A stretch of DNA of 64,000 nucleotides. Origin: Eremomyces bilateralis CBS 781.70 (lineage: Eukaryota). The first letter of the stretch is position 1; the number at the start of each line of letters is the position of its first letter. The stretch lies in assembly GCA_010015585.1 (NCBI GenBank), contig ML975154.1; one strand, written 5' to 3'. The position numbers and the translations under genes are program-made. This document shows, piece after piece, positions 51,926-63,528 of the stretch. The notes under the pieces are model-generated. The model made no database searches and was not told the DNA's origin. It saw nothing but the letters and a program-made list of their open reading frames with translations.

Positions 51926-54088
51926 ATGAATATGGAAGATGAGATGCTGCTCGTCTCATCTCCTAGTCCCGGCTATCATGTTCCCGACCATCTTCTTGAG
52001 AGCACAAGTTGTGCAATAGATGAAGACGATATGCTGCTGTTCTCTAAATCAGCAGATCCTCTAGTCAAGGGGTCTTTCGCTGAACCGGACCTCGATGGAC
52101 TTGATGGTGAGCCTAATCAGAGCGAATCTTCGCGAATGGACTTGGATCCCATAATACAGCCTTTGGATCTTCGCGATGAAGCTCTTCTCCATGTCTCCAA
52201 CGATGATGCTCAGGGTGAACCTTTGCGGATGGACTTGGAACCCGTGATACACTCGTCGGATCTCCCTGATGACGCTGTTCCCCACGTCTCCAACGCTGAT
52301 GCTCAGGATGAATCACCGATTTCGGACGACAATTCAGACTCCGTTTGGAGCTCACAAAACACCTCTTCTTTTGCCTTTAGTCAGGACAATGTCTATCACG
52401 GAAGCATCTGCAGCGATGAAGAGGCTTTACTCTTCGATTCCCCGAGTTCTTTCTTCTTGCATTCCAAGTCTCCTGCTTCTGAAAATAACGCTCATTCGTA
52501 TGAAGCCTCCGAAAACCACCCCGAAATTCAAAATCTTCTACGGGCCATGAATCAATCTCTAAAACTTTCTTTGGGGGTTACTGGCGGAAGCGTGGAGCAA
52601 TCGTTATCAGTGTCAGATGCTGCTAGCCCTGTGGAAACCGGCACTGCGAGCACCTTCTTGCAGCTGCAAGACGGGACTCATGACCACGACGCTGTCGCGG
52701 AACGAATACGCAGCGTGCTCAGTGGCGTCGCCCTCCAGAATTCGAGAAGTGAATCCCCTTCAATATTCCTAAAGAGCAGAAAGGAGCCTCAACAAGGAGA
52801 CACAAACAACGCAGATCCTCCATCAGGCCTTGCCAATCAATTGTCATACAGAACAATATGTCTACGCACATCTTCGCTTCCTAGAACGGAAAGATTTGGT
52901 GAGATAGGTTACAGGCTATCGTTGGCCAGCGCTAATTTCTCATCCAGTCACATTAGTGCTGGTACTCTCGCAAATCTTAATGTGCATACAGGGCAATATC
53001 GTCCTGTCGAAAAGGTCAGGGCAAACCTTGATTGGTGTCTTTTGTTGGCTAACCGGTGCTTAGAGACATCTACTACCGACATCCGGACATCTTCCGAACT
53101 CAATCCACCGTGGATCGTATCATCGACGATGTATCATTCTCTCTGGACGTCCCTCGACACTTGTTGCATATTGTCTGTACCCACTCCTGCGCCAACACAT
53201 TGGTACAGCTAACGTGGAGGGTTACTTATAGACTGCCGCAGCCAAAGGTCTGGCTCTTGGAGCTTGCAGACTCGAAAGCGGCTTCGGAAGCAGTTCGAAA
53301 TTTTCCAATAAAGAGGTATGATGGTGCTATAGATTGCGGCATTCACGCACAAAGCAATTTGCTGATCCGCTTGTGAACTATAGGGCACCTTGCTCCACCG
53401 AGTCAAAGACAACGAGGGGCTGTATTGCCCCGATGTTAAGTGGATCATTGTTGTTGAGAAAGAGGTTTGCAATGGCTCAAGTCTTCTACAGCCTATGTCT
53501 CACCTCAGCTAGGCTTCCTTTCGTTCACTGGCAGAGTCATGGCTGGGGTCTATAGCAATCCAGGAAGGGCTAATCATAACCGTTTGTCATCCTATCTGAC
53601 TTTGGCTCATATGCTAAATCAGACAGGCCAAGGGCTATCCGGACATCGCCACTCGATCATTCCTTCGGAAAGTAGTGGATGTCAAAAGTCAGTGCGGAGA
53701 TGGCACCGTGCCAACGTATGCCCTTGTCGATTTCGATCCCGATGGCATATCGATATACCTGACCTACAAGTACGGCTCTCGAGCTCTTTCTCATCTCAAC
53801 AGTGAGCTCAACGTAGCATCTCTACGATGGATGGGGCCGACGGGTAGCGATGTCGTCGCGTCAGGCGCCGAGCATGGTGACGATCTGCTCAGCCTCACAG
53901 AACGCGACCGACGAAGAGTGAGGTGTCTATTGGGGCGAAAAGAGCTTGACCAAGACAATACCGAGCAGGATCTGAGGAGAGAGTTGCAGGTTATGTTGCT
54001 CCTCAACGTGAAGGCCGAGATACAATGCTTAGATCGTGGGCACAAGGGGGTTGCTAATTGGGTATCAGAGCGCATGAAGCAGCGATAA
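51926..54088 (+). CDS. SPO11: Meiotic double-strand-break transesterase Spo11 with long acidic N-terminal extension
   Basis: SKR|DIYYRHP (catalytic Tyr), QSTVDRIIDD, TAAAKGL, VVEKE|ASF, IIT|AKGYPD, LVDFDPDGISIY, KAEIQ; 6 introns. Start codon uncertain. Confidence 0.92.
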
Positions 54089-54120
54089 AATACCATCAAC
54101 CAATATTGAATGCTCTCAAG

Positions 54121-55575
54121 TTAACCCTTGGCACGAATCAGCTCACCACATAGGGCGTCGAACTCCATCTGGTCGGCGGCTGCAGCCGCACGTATCTTCC
54201 GCTGTTGAGATACCTCAGCGGGTGACCAAGTAGCGTTAAATCTTTCGACTCCATCGACAACATAACCTCGAATTGAAGTCAAAACCCAGTCTTTCTCTAT
54301 ACGATCAATTTGTCGACTTCGTAATGACGCGAGCGGTGTAAATGAAGAAACGTATTGCGGCGTACGCGACCCTCGAAGTGATTGGGACCTGTTGCTCATA
54401 ACACACGCGAATCTGGGACAGCCGGTGTTTGCACCCTCGTAAGTGCAGATGCCCCCGTCAATATTAAACCCTTTCTCCAAAAGCACTTTCACCCGTGCCA
54501 TGAACTCGTCATTCGACAATGGGCGGCCTGGAGAAATCCCCTTCTCGTAAGCGGTGTGCAACAGGACTGTGGTATATCTCGTGTTGATCGACTCCCAGCG
54601 AGACGTATATAAAGATCCTCGAGTTCCGGTAGTTTGGATCTCAATGCTTGTACATTCCATTCCGCGGTCCCGAAACGCTCTGCTGCTTATGAAGAAGTCG
54701 GATTCAGACTACTCCAACACAAACTCCGATTTTCGATCGCGTAAAACCACCGATGGCTGTTTCTCAAACAGCGACGCATATCGGACGTTGTCCTGGACAT
54801 CGATATATGATGTCGACGCTCGCCAGATGCAATCATTCAGGGTTTCGATTGCCCCACAAATCCCGTTGCGATCATGCCCAAGGAACGGTATTGTTTCTGG
54901 TCCATCCTCCTCCCAAATGGCACAGAAGCGGTTCTTCCCTCGGTACCTGTAACATGAGAGGTACGAGAATGTCACACCTTTCGACCTATTCAGATCACCT
55001 AACGCTCGAAATCCGCCAGTCTTCCGCGTATGGTCCTCCGGTATCAGTGCTCTAGTATCCATTTCTTCTACTGCCGACCCCCAGTCAGGCATGGCGGTGA
55101 AATTAGATGCTGGAGATGCAATTCCTTGGCCTGGTTGAAGGTTCGTATACGTCGATGTCGCCTCAGCGTATCGAGGTGGAGGACCATGGCTGGACGGCGC
55201 CAGACCTTTTGATGAACACTGGCTATCTTTCTCCCTGAGCAGTGCAGTGTTGATACCCTGCAGCTCCCCCACCAGCGTTGTAATACCCGACCTCGACGAG
55301 AACCACCGGAGTGGGCTAGTCCGACCCATGGCTTTCACCTTCTCGTCCAAAATAGGCATTAACTTTGTGCACGCGGAAAATAGAGGTCTCAGTGAATCCA
55401 GTTCAGCGTCGTTCATGTCCTGTTGAATTGTTTGGAGTGTCTCCAGCACGGCGTGCAATATTGTTTCTAGTTGTTTGGCTTCCGGAAGAGTCTTCGACGC
55501 TGAGGTTGACTGGATTTCTATTTCAAGGCGTGAACAGTTACTGATGAGCAAATGCAAGGTTCCGCTCGTCGCCAT
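54121..55575 (-). pseudogene. HeLo-like/SesA-type N-domain fused to five polyglycine-hydrolase-like (BTRD1-type) repeats; one in-frame TAG
   Basis: ORFs 54709-55596 and 54121-54660 share a frame and are separated only by TAG 54711-54709; repeats end RFCAIWEE, RYASLFEK, LYTSRWES, RFACVMSN, RFNATWSP. Confidence 0.65.
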
Positions 55576-56837
55576 CGTTGCTTGGTGCAAAGTCACAATT
55601 CAGTGGTGTACGGTATACTAACACCCTTGATTTCAGAAGAGGATGAAATGTTTCAACAAGCATGCCCGTCCAGGTTCAATTATAGCGATATTCCGACTAG
55701 TTAGGGCATGATATCTTGCTTTGAGGAAGGCAGTGCCTTTCAACTTGGCTCCTATCCAAAATGCTGTTCTGAGGCGGAGCAGTTCAGCCTTGACCCTAGC
55801 CAAGCACCACTGGAATGGAGAAAGCAAGCGACCCAAAAACGACTCCGAGGCATGTGGATGTAAAATTGGTTGATATAAATTCGGGTTCTCCTCAAAATAC
55901 CAGTAGCCAAGTGCCTGTATTACAGCTCTGAAACGCTGCATGTCCGAAGATGACATCCGGGAGAGGTTGCGACTCGGACTCGGACTCGTCTGAGACCTGC
56001 ACTTCAACCACCATACGACCAAGTCTAAGTTGTGGAGGAGCATACTGAAGAGGTACGTACCGACTGTACGTTTCAATGGTCAAGTTTTGTCAAAAAGAGC
56101 TGGAAGCCCGAGGATGCAGAGCGGAACCGCTGGCGGAGTTTGATCTACTCAGAATTCTTGTCTCCTGCTCCCACATGGCATGACTGAGCACCTTGATGTG
56201 ATTCACGCCCATCTGCGATTGCTCGAGAGTTATGGTCGCTGGTGCTCGGACACTTGCAACATTGATATGTATCCAATGGGGGGTACTGACGGCGGTGTGC
56301 TTCCAAATCAACAGATCACACCATCAGGTTCTGGCCCGAGGGGTAGTGTCGTTCTGTTACTACTGCTCGCTTGCGCTGTAGAGGTTGACCCTGGTGTGGC
56401 TTCAATATATTCGCCAGCGGGGCTGCTAGCCACATTCACAACAAACATCATTCGATGTACGTACAATATGCCTCGGTGCATGGTATATTCTCTCCCAATG
56501 ACCTGAATCAACATATATGTACAAGGGTGATGTCAGTACGGCCCTGACCGACGACGAGGGAAGAGTAATATCCTATCCCAGGATTTCGGTATCAGGATGC
56601 TCTCCTGATGGAATGACATTTGCCCAAAAGTCATGCGAATGGAGCTCATACTTCCTATCTCTTAGGATAAAGAAGCATATAAAAGTAAGGTCAGTAATGA
56701 GCATTCTGGACTCCAATTGCAAAGATATTCTCGTGCAGTCAATTGCGATACTGCGTTACACTTATAGATTCACCTAAGGACATTAAACCAATACGTTCGT
56801 CGCCACCAATCTCGTACCCCTGGTGAATCCATCCGCC

Positions 56838-57509
56838 ATGGTCGACGTCCCCTACATTTTCCCTAACCAAGGGGTTCCCGCTCCCCATCTCCCCCACATC
56901 CACCTCCCGCACCACAACCCTCACTCCCTCGACTATCACCCTCATTCCCGCCCCTCCGCCCGCGTCCCGCTGTTCGACCTCCGCGAATCCAGCAAAGCCT
57001 ACTTCCTCGAAGGCGAGTTAGCCGGCGTCACAGACGCCGGCGCCGTCCACATCGAGTGGCTGGATGACCGCACCTTGCTGGTGGAGGCCGAGGTGCTCGG
57101 CGTCGATTGGACGAAGGAGTGGGAGGAGGGCGCGGGAAAACCGGCCGATGGAGGGAGTGGAGCGGCGGAGAGCTCGGCTGCCGCCGCGGCGAGAGGCAGT
57201 ACGGATACGGGGGGTACGAAGGGAGACAAAGAGCACCATGAAGATGTTCCAGTGGTAGAGGCCGCTCCTGCTGTTGCGACCACTGGTGGGCTGGGTGAGG
57301 TGCGGCAGTGGTTGCATGAGCGACATGTCGGGCATCATAAGAGGCAGTTCACGTTCCCAGTGCAAGTCAAGCATAAAGGAGTGTCGGCGCGGCTAGGGGG
57401 CGGATTGCTGAGGGTTGTGGTGCCGAAGCAAAAGGAGGAGCCAGCAAAGAAGGTGAGGAAGGTTATAGTGTTGGGTCTTGAAGGAGTGGAGGTCGGCTTG
57501 AGAGCGTAG
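56838..57509 (+). CDS. Small heat-shock protein (HSP20/alpha-crystallin)
   Basis: PLFDLRESSKAYFLEGELAGV..IEWLDDRTL; WLHERHVGHHKRQFTFP..VSARLGGGLLRVVVPK; start context GCCATGG. Confidence 0.9.
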   Translation: MVDVPYIFPNQGVPAPHLPHIHLPHHNPHSLDYHPHSRPSARVPLFDLRESSKAYFLEGELAGVTDAGAVHIEWLDDRTLLVEAEVLGVDWTKEWEEGAGKPADGGSGAAESSAAAAARGSTDTGGTKGDKEHHEDVPVVEAAPAVATTGGLGEVRQWLHERHVGHHKRQFTFPVQVKHKGVSARLGGGLLRVVVPKQKEEPAKKVRKVIVLGLEGVEVGLRA

Positions 57510-58057
57510 AAACGTGCATGTATGGTTGCAGTGGTAGTGGGAGAGACGACAGGGAAAGGAGGAGAAGATTGAAGTGAGATACCTACAGTGCAGGGATATG
57601 AAGGAAGTTAAGCTGGAGACTGCTTTTCGCAATTCATACTTAATAATCGTTATACCCCTTAACCAAGGTCAATTTTAGATGTTGAATTTGCAATTATTCC
57701 TCGACGTGTTGAAGAAAGCGCCTGAGAGGGCAATCCTAGACTCTAGCAAAGGAAGCGCCCTGTCGTGATTGAAGGGAGATCAACTGCTTCCGCGGGTGCT
57801 AAATATTAACCGCGACTAGGAAACAAACGCTATACGATGAGGACCTTGACGATAAAAGGTGACTCTGATCGCTCTTCAAACTGACTTTCGTGGAAAAGCA
57901 TTGCGTGGTTAGGGTATCCGAAAAAGAAGAATGGCCTGTCTGGCCATGAATCACCACTCCAAAAAGAAAGAAAGAATTAATACGCAGCCATGCGCCTCTC
58001 GTCGTATCGTTGCTAATCATGTCGTCGTGCCTTTCCAGCAGCGGGCCGGATCATTCA

Positions 58058-61000
58058 TCATTCATCATCATCATCGCTAAGAATAATGCATTCCGACACC
58101 ATGGCCCTCTTCGACGAACTCGATGAGGGTCTGGCCGAATACCCTCTCTTTGGTTCCACCGAGCCCAGGAGTATTCCCTTTCCCTTGCTTTTACGCCGCT
58201 CATTATCCACTTGAGTATTTTGGGTTCTAGATGCCACCTCCCACGACCCATCCTCCTTGATCACAATCGCTTCTGCCGATTCCGCCACCTCCTTCCCTCG
58301 GCTCTCCAGCTCCACCCTCACGTCGCTCAAGAATTCATCGAGTCCCATATTCTTTGGCCGCACATCGCTCTTGCATATCGGGCACCGCCAGATGTCGACG
58401 CAGGCGGGCCAGTTCGGATGGTCGCGCGTGGCGATTTGCAAGAAAGCGGGGAGGTCGAACGCGTTAGGGTGTCGACAGTAGCGGCCACGAATGGGGAGTT
58501 TGCAAATTCGCGACTGAGAAATGGGGTCGCGGAGTGAGATCCGCAGTGACGATGTGGTGACCATAAAGTCGTCGTCTTCGGTATCTTTGGGGGACAGATG
58601 CCTAGATACTGCGGCAACGAGCTTGGACTTGGTGTTTTCGCTACTTATGCGCCGGTGAACAACAACGGAAGTGCAAATCTCGTTGAACGTGGTAATGGTG
58701 ACAGCTTCAACCCCGAATGCCCAACGGATGGCAGTAGGGGAAGCAGCAGTCGGGGTGGGATAAATGTTGAAGCACGCTTTGAGCTTGTTCTGGCCTTGTT
58801 TGAGGTGAGGCGTGAGATCAATAGGGAGATCTTTTCCCCAGTGAAATTTGCGACGCGGGAAGATGTCGACGTCGTTGATCAGCATGTAGCAATTGGACGG
58901 CCATGTCGTGTCCGCTGTGATCCACATCCGCTCATCGAACGTGATTGCCTCTGCGTTTTGAGGCAGTTCGATGCAGCGCAAACGGAATGTCTTTGAGTCG
59001 GATCTTAACTGGCGCAGCGGACGCTTACCTGAAGCCCCAGGTATATCTTTCGGAATCTTGGCGAAATCCTCAGGCGACAGGTCGAAGGTGAAGTCGTGAA
59101 GGATCTTATCCGCTGGATAGGCCTGCGGATCCATGGCAAACCCGCTGACCACGCGGAATTGATTACTTGGGGTCCTCGCAGACTCGTTGTCGACCGGTCC
59201 GAGCCTCGGACTTCGTAAATGAGCCTCTTGAGCAGCCGTCACACGCGGATTTGCTACCGCTCTTCGAGCAACCATTTGGCCGGCAGTTGGGTAGAAGGGT
59301 ATATCCCGCCTTGGATTAATCTGCCCGCCGACACGAGCAATTGTATTCTGCGGTCGCTGAGGAGCTTGGTTGCGGGTCAAACTCGGATTTTCAAGAACAG
59401 CATTCACAGGTGAGTTTTGCAGTGGGTTCCGAAGTGACGGTTCGGACATCGGTGGATGAGTGAGTTGCGGTGCAGTATTCGTATTTGAATTTGCTGTTGA
59501 GTTCCGTGGACAGGAAGGGCCTCGAGTAGCTGAATTTGAATTAGACAGCCTGTGGAGGGTGTCATCAGTTGCTCCCAGCCGTTCGGAGACGCCATGTAAG
59601 GGGTGATTCCATAGGACTGACCCGTTGGAACTGTGAACCGTTGGGGGCTGCGTCACTTGGTGGCTCGCAAGTGACGGCGCGATGTGATACCTCATTCGAA
59701 GTGCATTATACACGGACGCATGTTTGAAATATTCGTGCGCTGCCTCTGGAGCTGATAGCGCTGGATCGTCCCGTTGACGTCGTTTGAAGTGCTCCAGCTG
59801 GTTCTTCAGGAAGACATTACTTAATGATTCGGTATTGGCGTCGGGGGGAATATTCCAGATGTGGTGCGCCACCACCTGGAAGACAACATACTGAAGCACA
59901 ACTGAATGGATACATAAATTCTCCACTAGCTCGTGCACTAGCGGCGGGAATGACCGTTCCCTACAGCTATCCACCAGCTTGTGCAACTCCAGGGGAAGCT
60001 TCGAGATAAATTGCGAGATTAAGTCTAGTTTATCGATGAAAACTCCAGGCGACTGTACAAGGAGGGTGGAGAGGGGGCACGGGAAGTCAGCCAGCTGGCG
60101 GAGCAACTGTAAATTGAACCCCGAATCCGAGAAGAGAAGCCATCCCTTGACGATGGATAATGCAGGCCGGAGATTCGGGATCTGAAGTATTCGATAAGGT
60201 AAGTCGGCACGAATGACGTCCATACTTACGATCTGGTGGAGTAAAAGGTACCACCAGTCGTATCGGTTAATGGCTTCGCTCAAAAACCGGACTCTTAGGC
60301 CATCCGATGGCCCGATGTTCTGGATACCGACCGCTCTCTCGATTTTCCGAAGCCTCTCCTGGACGGCATTGGGGTCCCAATTAGGGACAGAGGAAACTAT
60401 CCGTGGCTGCCCGGCGAGCTGTTCTCTCTGCGTCGGAGTTTCAATTTCGGCGTTGTTCGAGGAAGATCTCGGCCCGACCGCTCTTGGTGGGTCTCTCCGA
60501 ACGGTGGGCGAATTGTGCACTGGATTCCGCTGCCTGTCCGGGAATTCGAATAGGTGAATATCTGTAGGTTCGACCGCAGCTCGTGATTGGTCTCCGACGA
60601 CGACGGTTGTGTTATTGGTGCGATTGTCTACACTGGCGGAAGCGGCACTTCGGTCGGCAGGGAGACTCTCCAATCGCACGCTCGATAGGCCATTTTGCTC
60701 GGTTGGGAGAATAACCCCATTGCTCAAGGCTGGAGACGGTAATGGGTTTGGGGCGGGATTTTCAACCTGGCCCTGTTGCGGTCTTGTCCCTTTAGGGAGT
60801 GTGTGTAGGTAAGCTGCTGGGGATAAGGATTGTACTGGCGGGGGGTCAGGTTGCCTGTGTGACGACGATTCGGGGACACTAATAACGGGGCGTGCGACGC
60901 CCACATTCGACGAGAGATTTATCCCGCCTGGCCGTTGCGTGGGAACCACGGAAGACGGATTGACATCTTCAGATCCCGTGAGCTGAGCAGATGGAAGCGG

Positions 61001-61177
61001 AGGAGGGTGATGTCCCAAGGCAGGGAAAGGAGCAGCAGTCCCCGTCAACCAGTTGTAAGGCCGTCGGACAGTGGGCCCCAGGAATCGGTTCAAAGTCAAA
61101 TTCGTGTCGGCAAAATCGGTAGATGTGCCATCGTTGTCGGATATTCGAGAGGAGCGGGACTTCCGTTTTGCTGGCAT
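58058..61177 (-). CDS. MIZ/SP-RING zinc-finger protein (putative SUMO E3 ligase)
   Basis: ISLRDPIS..PIRGRYCRH..FDL..WRCPIC; RRKFHWGKDLPIDLT; C-terminal SIM-like IILSDDDDE; intronless. Confidence 0.9.
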   Translation of the reverse strand: MPAKRKSRSSRISDNDGTSTDFADTNLTLNRFLGPTVRRPYNWLTGTAAPFPALGHHPPPLPSAQLTGSEDVNPSSVVPTQRPGGINLSSNVGVARPVISVPESSSHRQPDPPPVQSLSPAAYLHTLPKGTRPQQGQVENPAPNPLPSPALSNGVILPTEQNGLSSVRLESLPADRSAASASVDNRTNNTTVVVGDQSRAAVEPTDIHLFEFPDRQRNPVHNSPTVRRDPPRAVGPRSSSNNAEIETPTQREQLAGQPRIVSSVPNWDPNAVQERLRKIERAVGIQNIGPSDGLRVRFLSEAINRYDWWYLLLHQIVSMDVIRADLPYRILQIPNLRPALSIVKGWLLFSDSGFNLQLLRQLADFPCPLSTLLVQSPGVFIDKLDLISQFISKLPLELHKLVDSCRERSFPPLVHELVENLCIHSVVLQYVVFQVVAHHIWNIPPDANTESLSNVFLKNQLEHFKRRQRDDPALSAPEAAHEYFKHASVYNALRMRYHIAPSLASHQVTQPPTVHSSNGSVLWNHPLHGVSERLGATDDTLHRLSNSNSATRGPSCPRNSTANSNTNTAPQLTHPPMSEPSLRNPLQNSPVNAVLENPSLTRNQAPQRPQNTIARVGGQINPRRDIPFYPTAGQMVARRAVANPRVTAAQEAHLRSPRLGPVDNESARTPSNQFRVVSGFAMDPQAYPADKILHDFTFDLSPEDFAKIPKDIPGASGKRPLRQLRSDSKTFRLRCIELPQNAEAITFDERMWITADTTWPSNCYMLINDVDIFPRRKFHWGKDLPIDLTPHLKQGQNKLKACFNIYPTPTAASPTAIRWAFGVEAVTITTFNEICTSVVVHRRISSENTKSKLVAAVSRHLSPKDTEDDDFMVTTSSLRISLRDPISQSRICKLPIRGRYCRHPNAFDLPAFLQIATRDHPNWPACVDIWRCPICKSDVRPKNMGLDEFLSDVRVELESRGKEVAESAEAIVIKEDGSWEVASRTQNTQVDNERRKSKGKGILLGSVEPKRGYSARPSSSSSKRAMVSECIILSDDDDE

Positions 61178-62871
61178 TTTTAAGAGGACGACAAATGCTG
61201 TCCGCTCACGCCGGTTGTCACCTAACTGGGTAGTCAGCAAGGATCACGATGGAATAACATCGCGATCCTGTTCGGTACAGAGGTACAGAGTACCGTATCT
61301 GGTCTAGGTAGTCGAGTAATAGGAGGACTATCGAACGTGACGATGCAGAGTTTCGATATTTTCCAGTTGCCGTTGGTAGAGGACTGCGATTTTTAGGGGA
61401 CCTGAAGGAGGGGGGTAAAAATATAAAAAAGGGAAGGAACGCGTCCACGCGTGTTTCAGGACGAGGAATCAGCGAACCACCAGGGACGCCTTGGCGGCTA
61501 TGTAGTACAGGATTTATATACGCTAACAATGATGAATTGTTGACTCGCGTGGAATGGTTGCGAGACATCGCAGGAGAGCAACCAATGAGGAGAGGTATAA
61601 ATATCAAATAGACAAGGAGTCCCTCAACGACGAACGCGAGCCTTCATCTTTTCGACTGAATAGGACGACCGTTCATGGATGGGCGACTTGATTTAGAACC
61701 GCGAAGTAAAAGCGATAGCTCACATTGTTGAGTCCGATGCAGAACACCATTCTGCAGAAAATACTTCCTCAGAACTCTCCTTGATTGGCCGCATCTACGG
61801 TTACCCCCTATCGCGGGGGCGCATATGCGTAGGCTCGGGGCATCCCGATGCAGGTGACGATCAGTTGGGGAGCACCCAATGTTGCAGGTGGACATCACTG
61901 CATCGGCCCGATGAAGGTTTTGATCTATCCCTTCGTTCGAACTGTGGAAGCTGTCCAGTGTCCAATAGTCCAGTCAGAAGAAATACCGTTCCGGGTATAG
62001 TAGTTTATCTGTTTGGCTTGACTCTGAGAACTGAGGATCGCTAGGCACGTTATGCCGATGAATCCGACGCCACCGATGCTAATATCAAAGTCCGCCCCGG
62101 CACATGTGATCGGTGAAATCCTGCCCACCCCATTTAGGATCAATAGAATATGGAGTACGTTGGGTCCTTGGGGCATACTTATACTGTAATAGATCATACC
62201 GGTCAAACTAAGTATACTTCCGTACGGGACAGTACCAATATCAAAATCAACTAGAATCTCCAGGAGGATCTATCGTTGTCTTTCATGGTTGGGGCATCTC
62301 CAATCGGCATTCACCAACCAGGACAGCGAAGCAAGTGAGACACCGAGGAACGGACCTACCGATTTGCAGCTAGTGACGATAATACCGTACAGACTACGGT
62401 AGCTGACAGAACCACTTCCCGATAACCCGTCTCCCCACCACTCAGCTGTCAAATAGCGAACCTGACCTCAAGCGCTAACGTCCTCAGATTTGGGCGCTAT
62501 TCACTCCGGGTTTAGCCCATTCTTCCACTCCCCAAGCTTTCCTGAAAAACGTGGAAATGTCCTGGTCTAGATTCGGTATGGGTTCGGTGCTGCAGAGCTC
62601 GCTGTTCCCCTGTATCCAAGCCGCCTGGGGGGTTCCGATCCAGAGCGTTCGGATGGTAGGTAGCAATACTTCTCGTACAGAAGTCCAAGGCAATTGAGGA
62701 AATCGGGGACCGGCTCGTCTGGCACGACCACAGATCAGGATGGTGAACGTGAACGTCAAGGTGACTTGTTCGGTTGTTCCTCAGTTGGCTGGTCGGGCGG
62801 CGTCCACGTCAGGAACGCAGCGTTCCCACTCGTTGCGCCGGCTGGGACCTTGACTTGGTGGCCCTCCACCG

Positions 62872-62911
62872 TACACACTACACACTACACACTACACACT
62901 ACACACTACAC
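62872..62911. repeat. 7-bp microsatellite (TACACAC)x5.7
   Basis: Perfect tandem copies, followed by CACCAC-rich low-complexity sequence. Confidence 0.9.
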
Positions 62912-63528
62912 TACAATGCACACCACACACCACCCACGGACTGTACCTCTGTAGTCTGTACTACCACCAGATCCACTACAGGCACCACTACAGGCACCAC
63001 TCCACCCACCACGGCATCCACCATCCACAATCAGCCTCTTGTCCACGACACCTCGCCAAAACACTTGCATACTGTACCTACCTATCTACCTACTGCTTAA
63101 TCCTGTCGCACCACATCGCTATCCAACGGTACTCACCACCTCCACACCGTTGAACTTGGTGTTCCCTCGCCTTGATTGAACTCGACCGCGCTCCCTTCCA
63201 ATCGATCTCCGTCTAGATTCCCCTCGGTGTGCTGGCTGAGTGTTGGTCGCATCTCCGCATGTCCCCGCCACCCATCGTGCGACACGACTGACAAGCGACA
63301 TGCCTGCCGCCGCCTCTTGACTCTCCTCAGTCCTCACCTATCGTTCGCCTACCTGGATCGGGAATCCCCTGATAGGATATTAGGGCAGCACGCCGGACTT
63401 TCGATCCGCGGACAAATCCACAAGAGTTGACATGACTATCAAGAGCGCCCGCGATCGCTTCCAACCCTCTCCGATTTGATTGAGAACGTATATATTCAGT
63501 AGCTTGTTCCCGGATCTTGGATTTCGTC

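Noticed and set aside
17215..54711. The premature stops noted are all TAG, hinting at TAG reassignment
   Set aside because: TAG ends intact genes at expected C-termini (GH105, DnaJ, HSP20), and two of the disrupted genes also have frameshifts.
55633..56506. 100-150-aa ORFs between the repeat gene and HSP20
   Set aside because: No recognisable motifs; may be decayed coding sequence but cannot be supported.
58440..58490. SP-RING CxHxxCFD appears as CRHPNAFD
   Set aside because: The replaced Cys is not one of the four zinc ligands; CxH and CPIC are intact.
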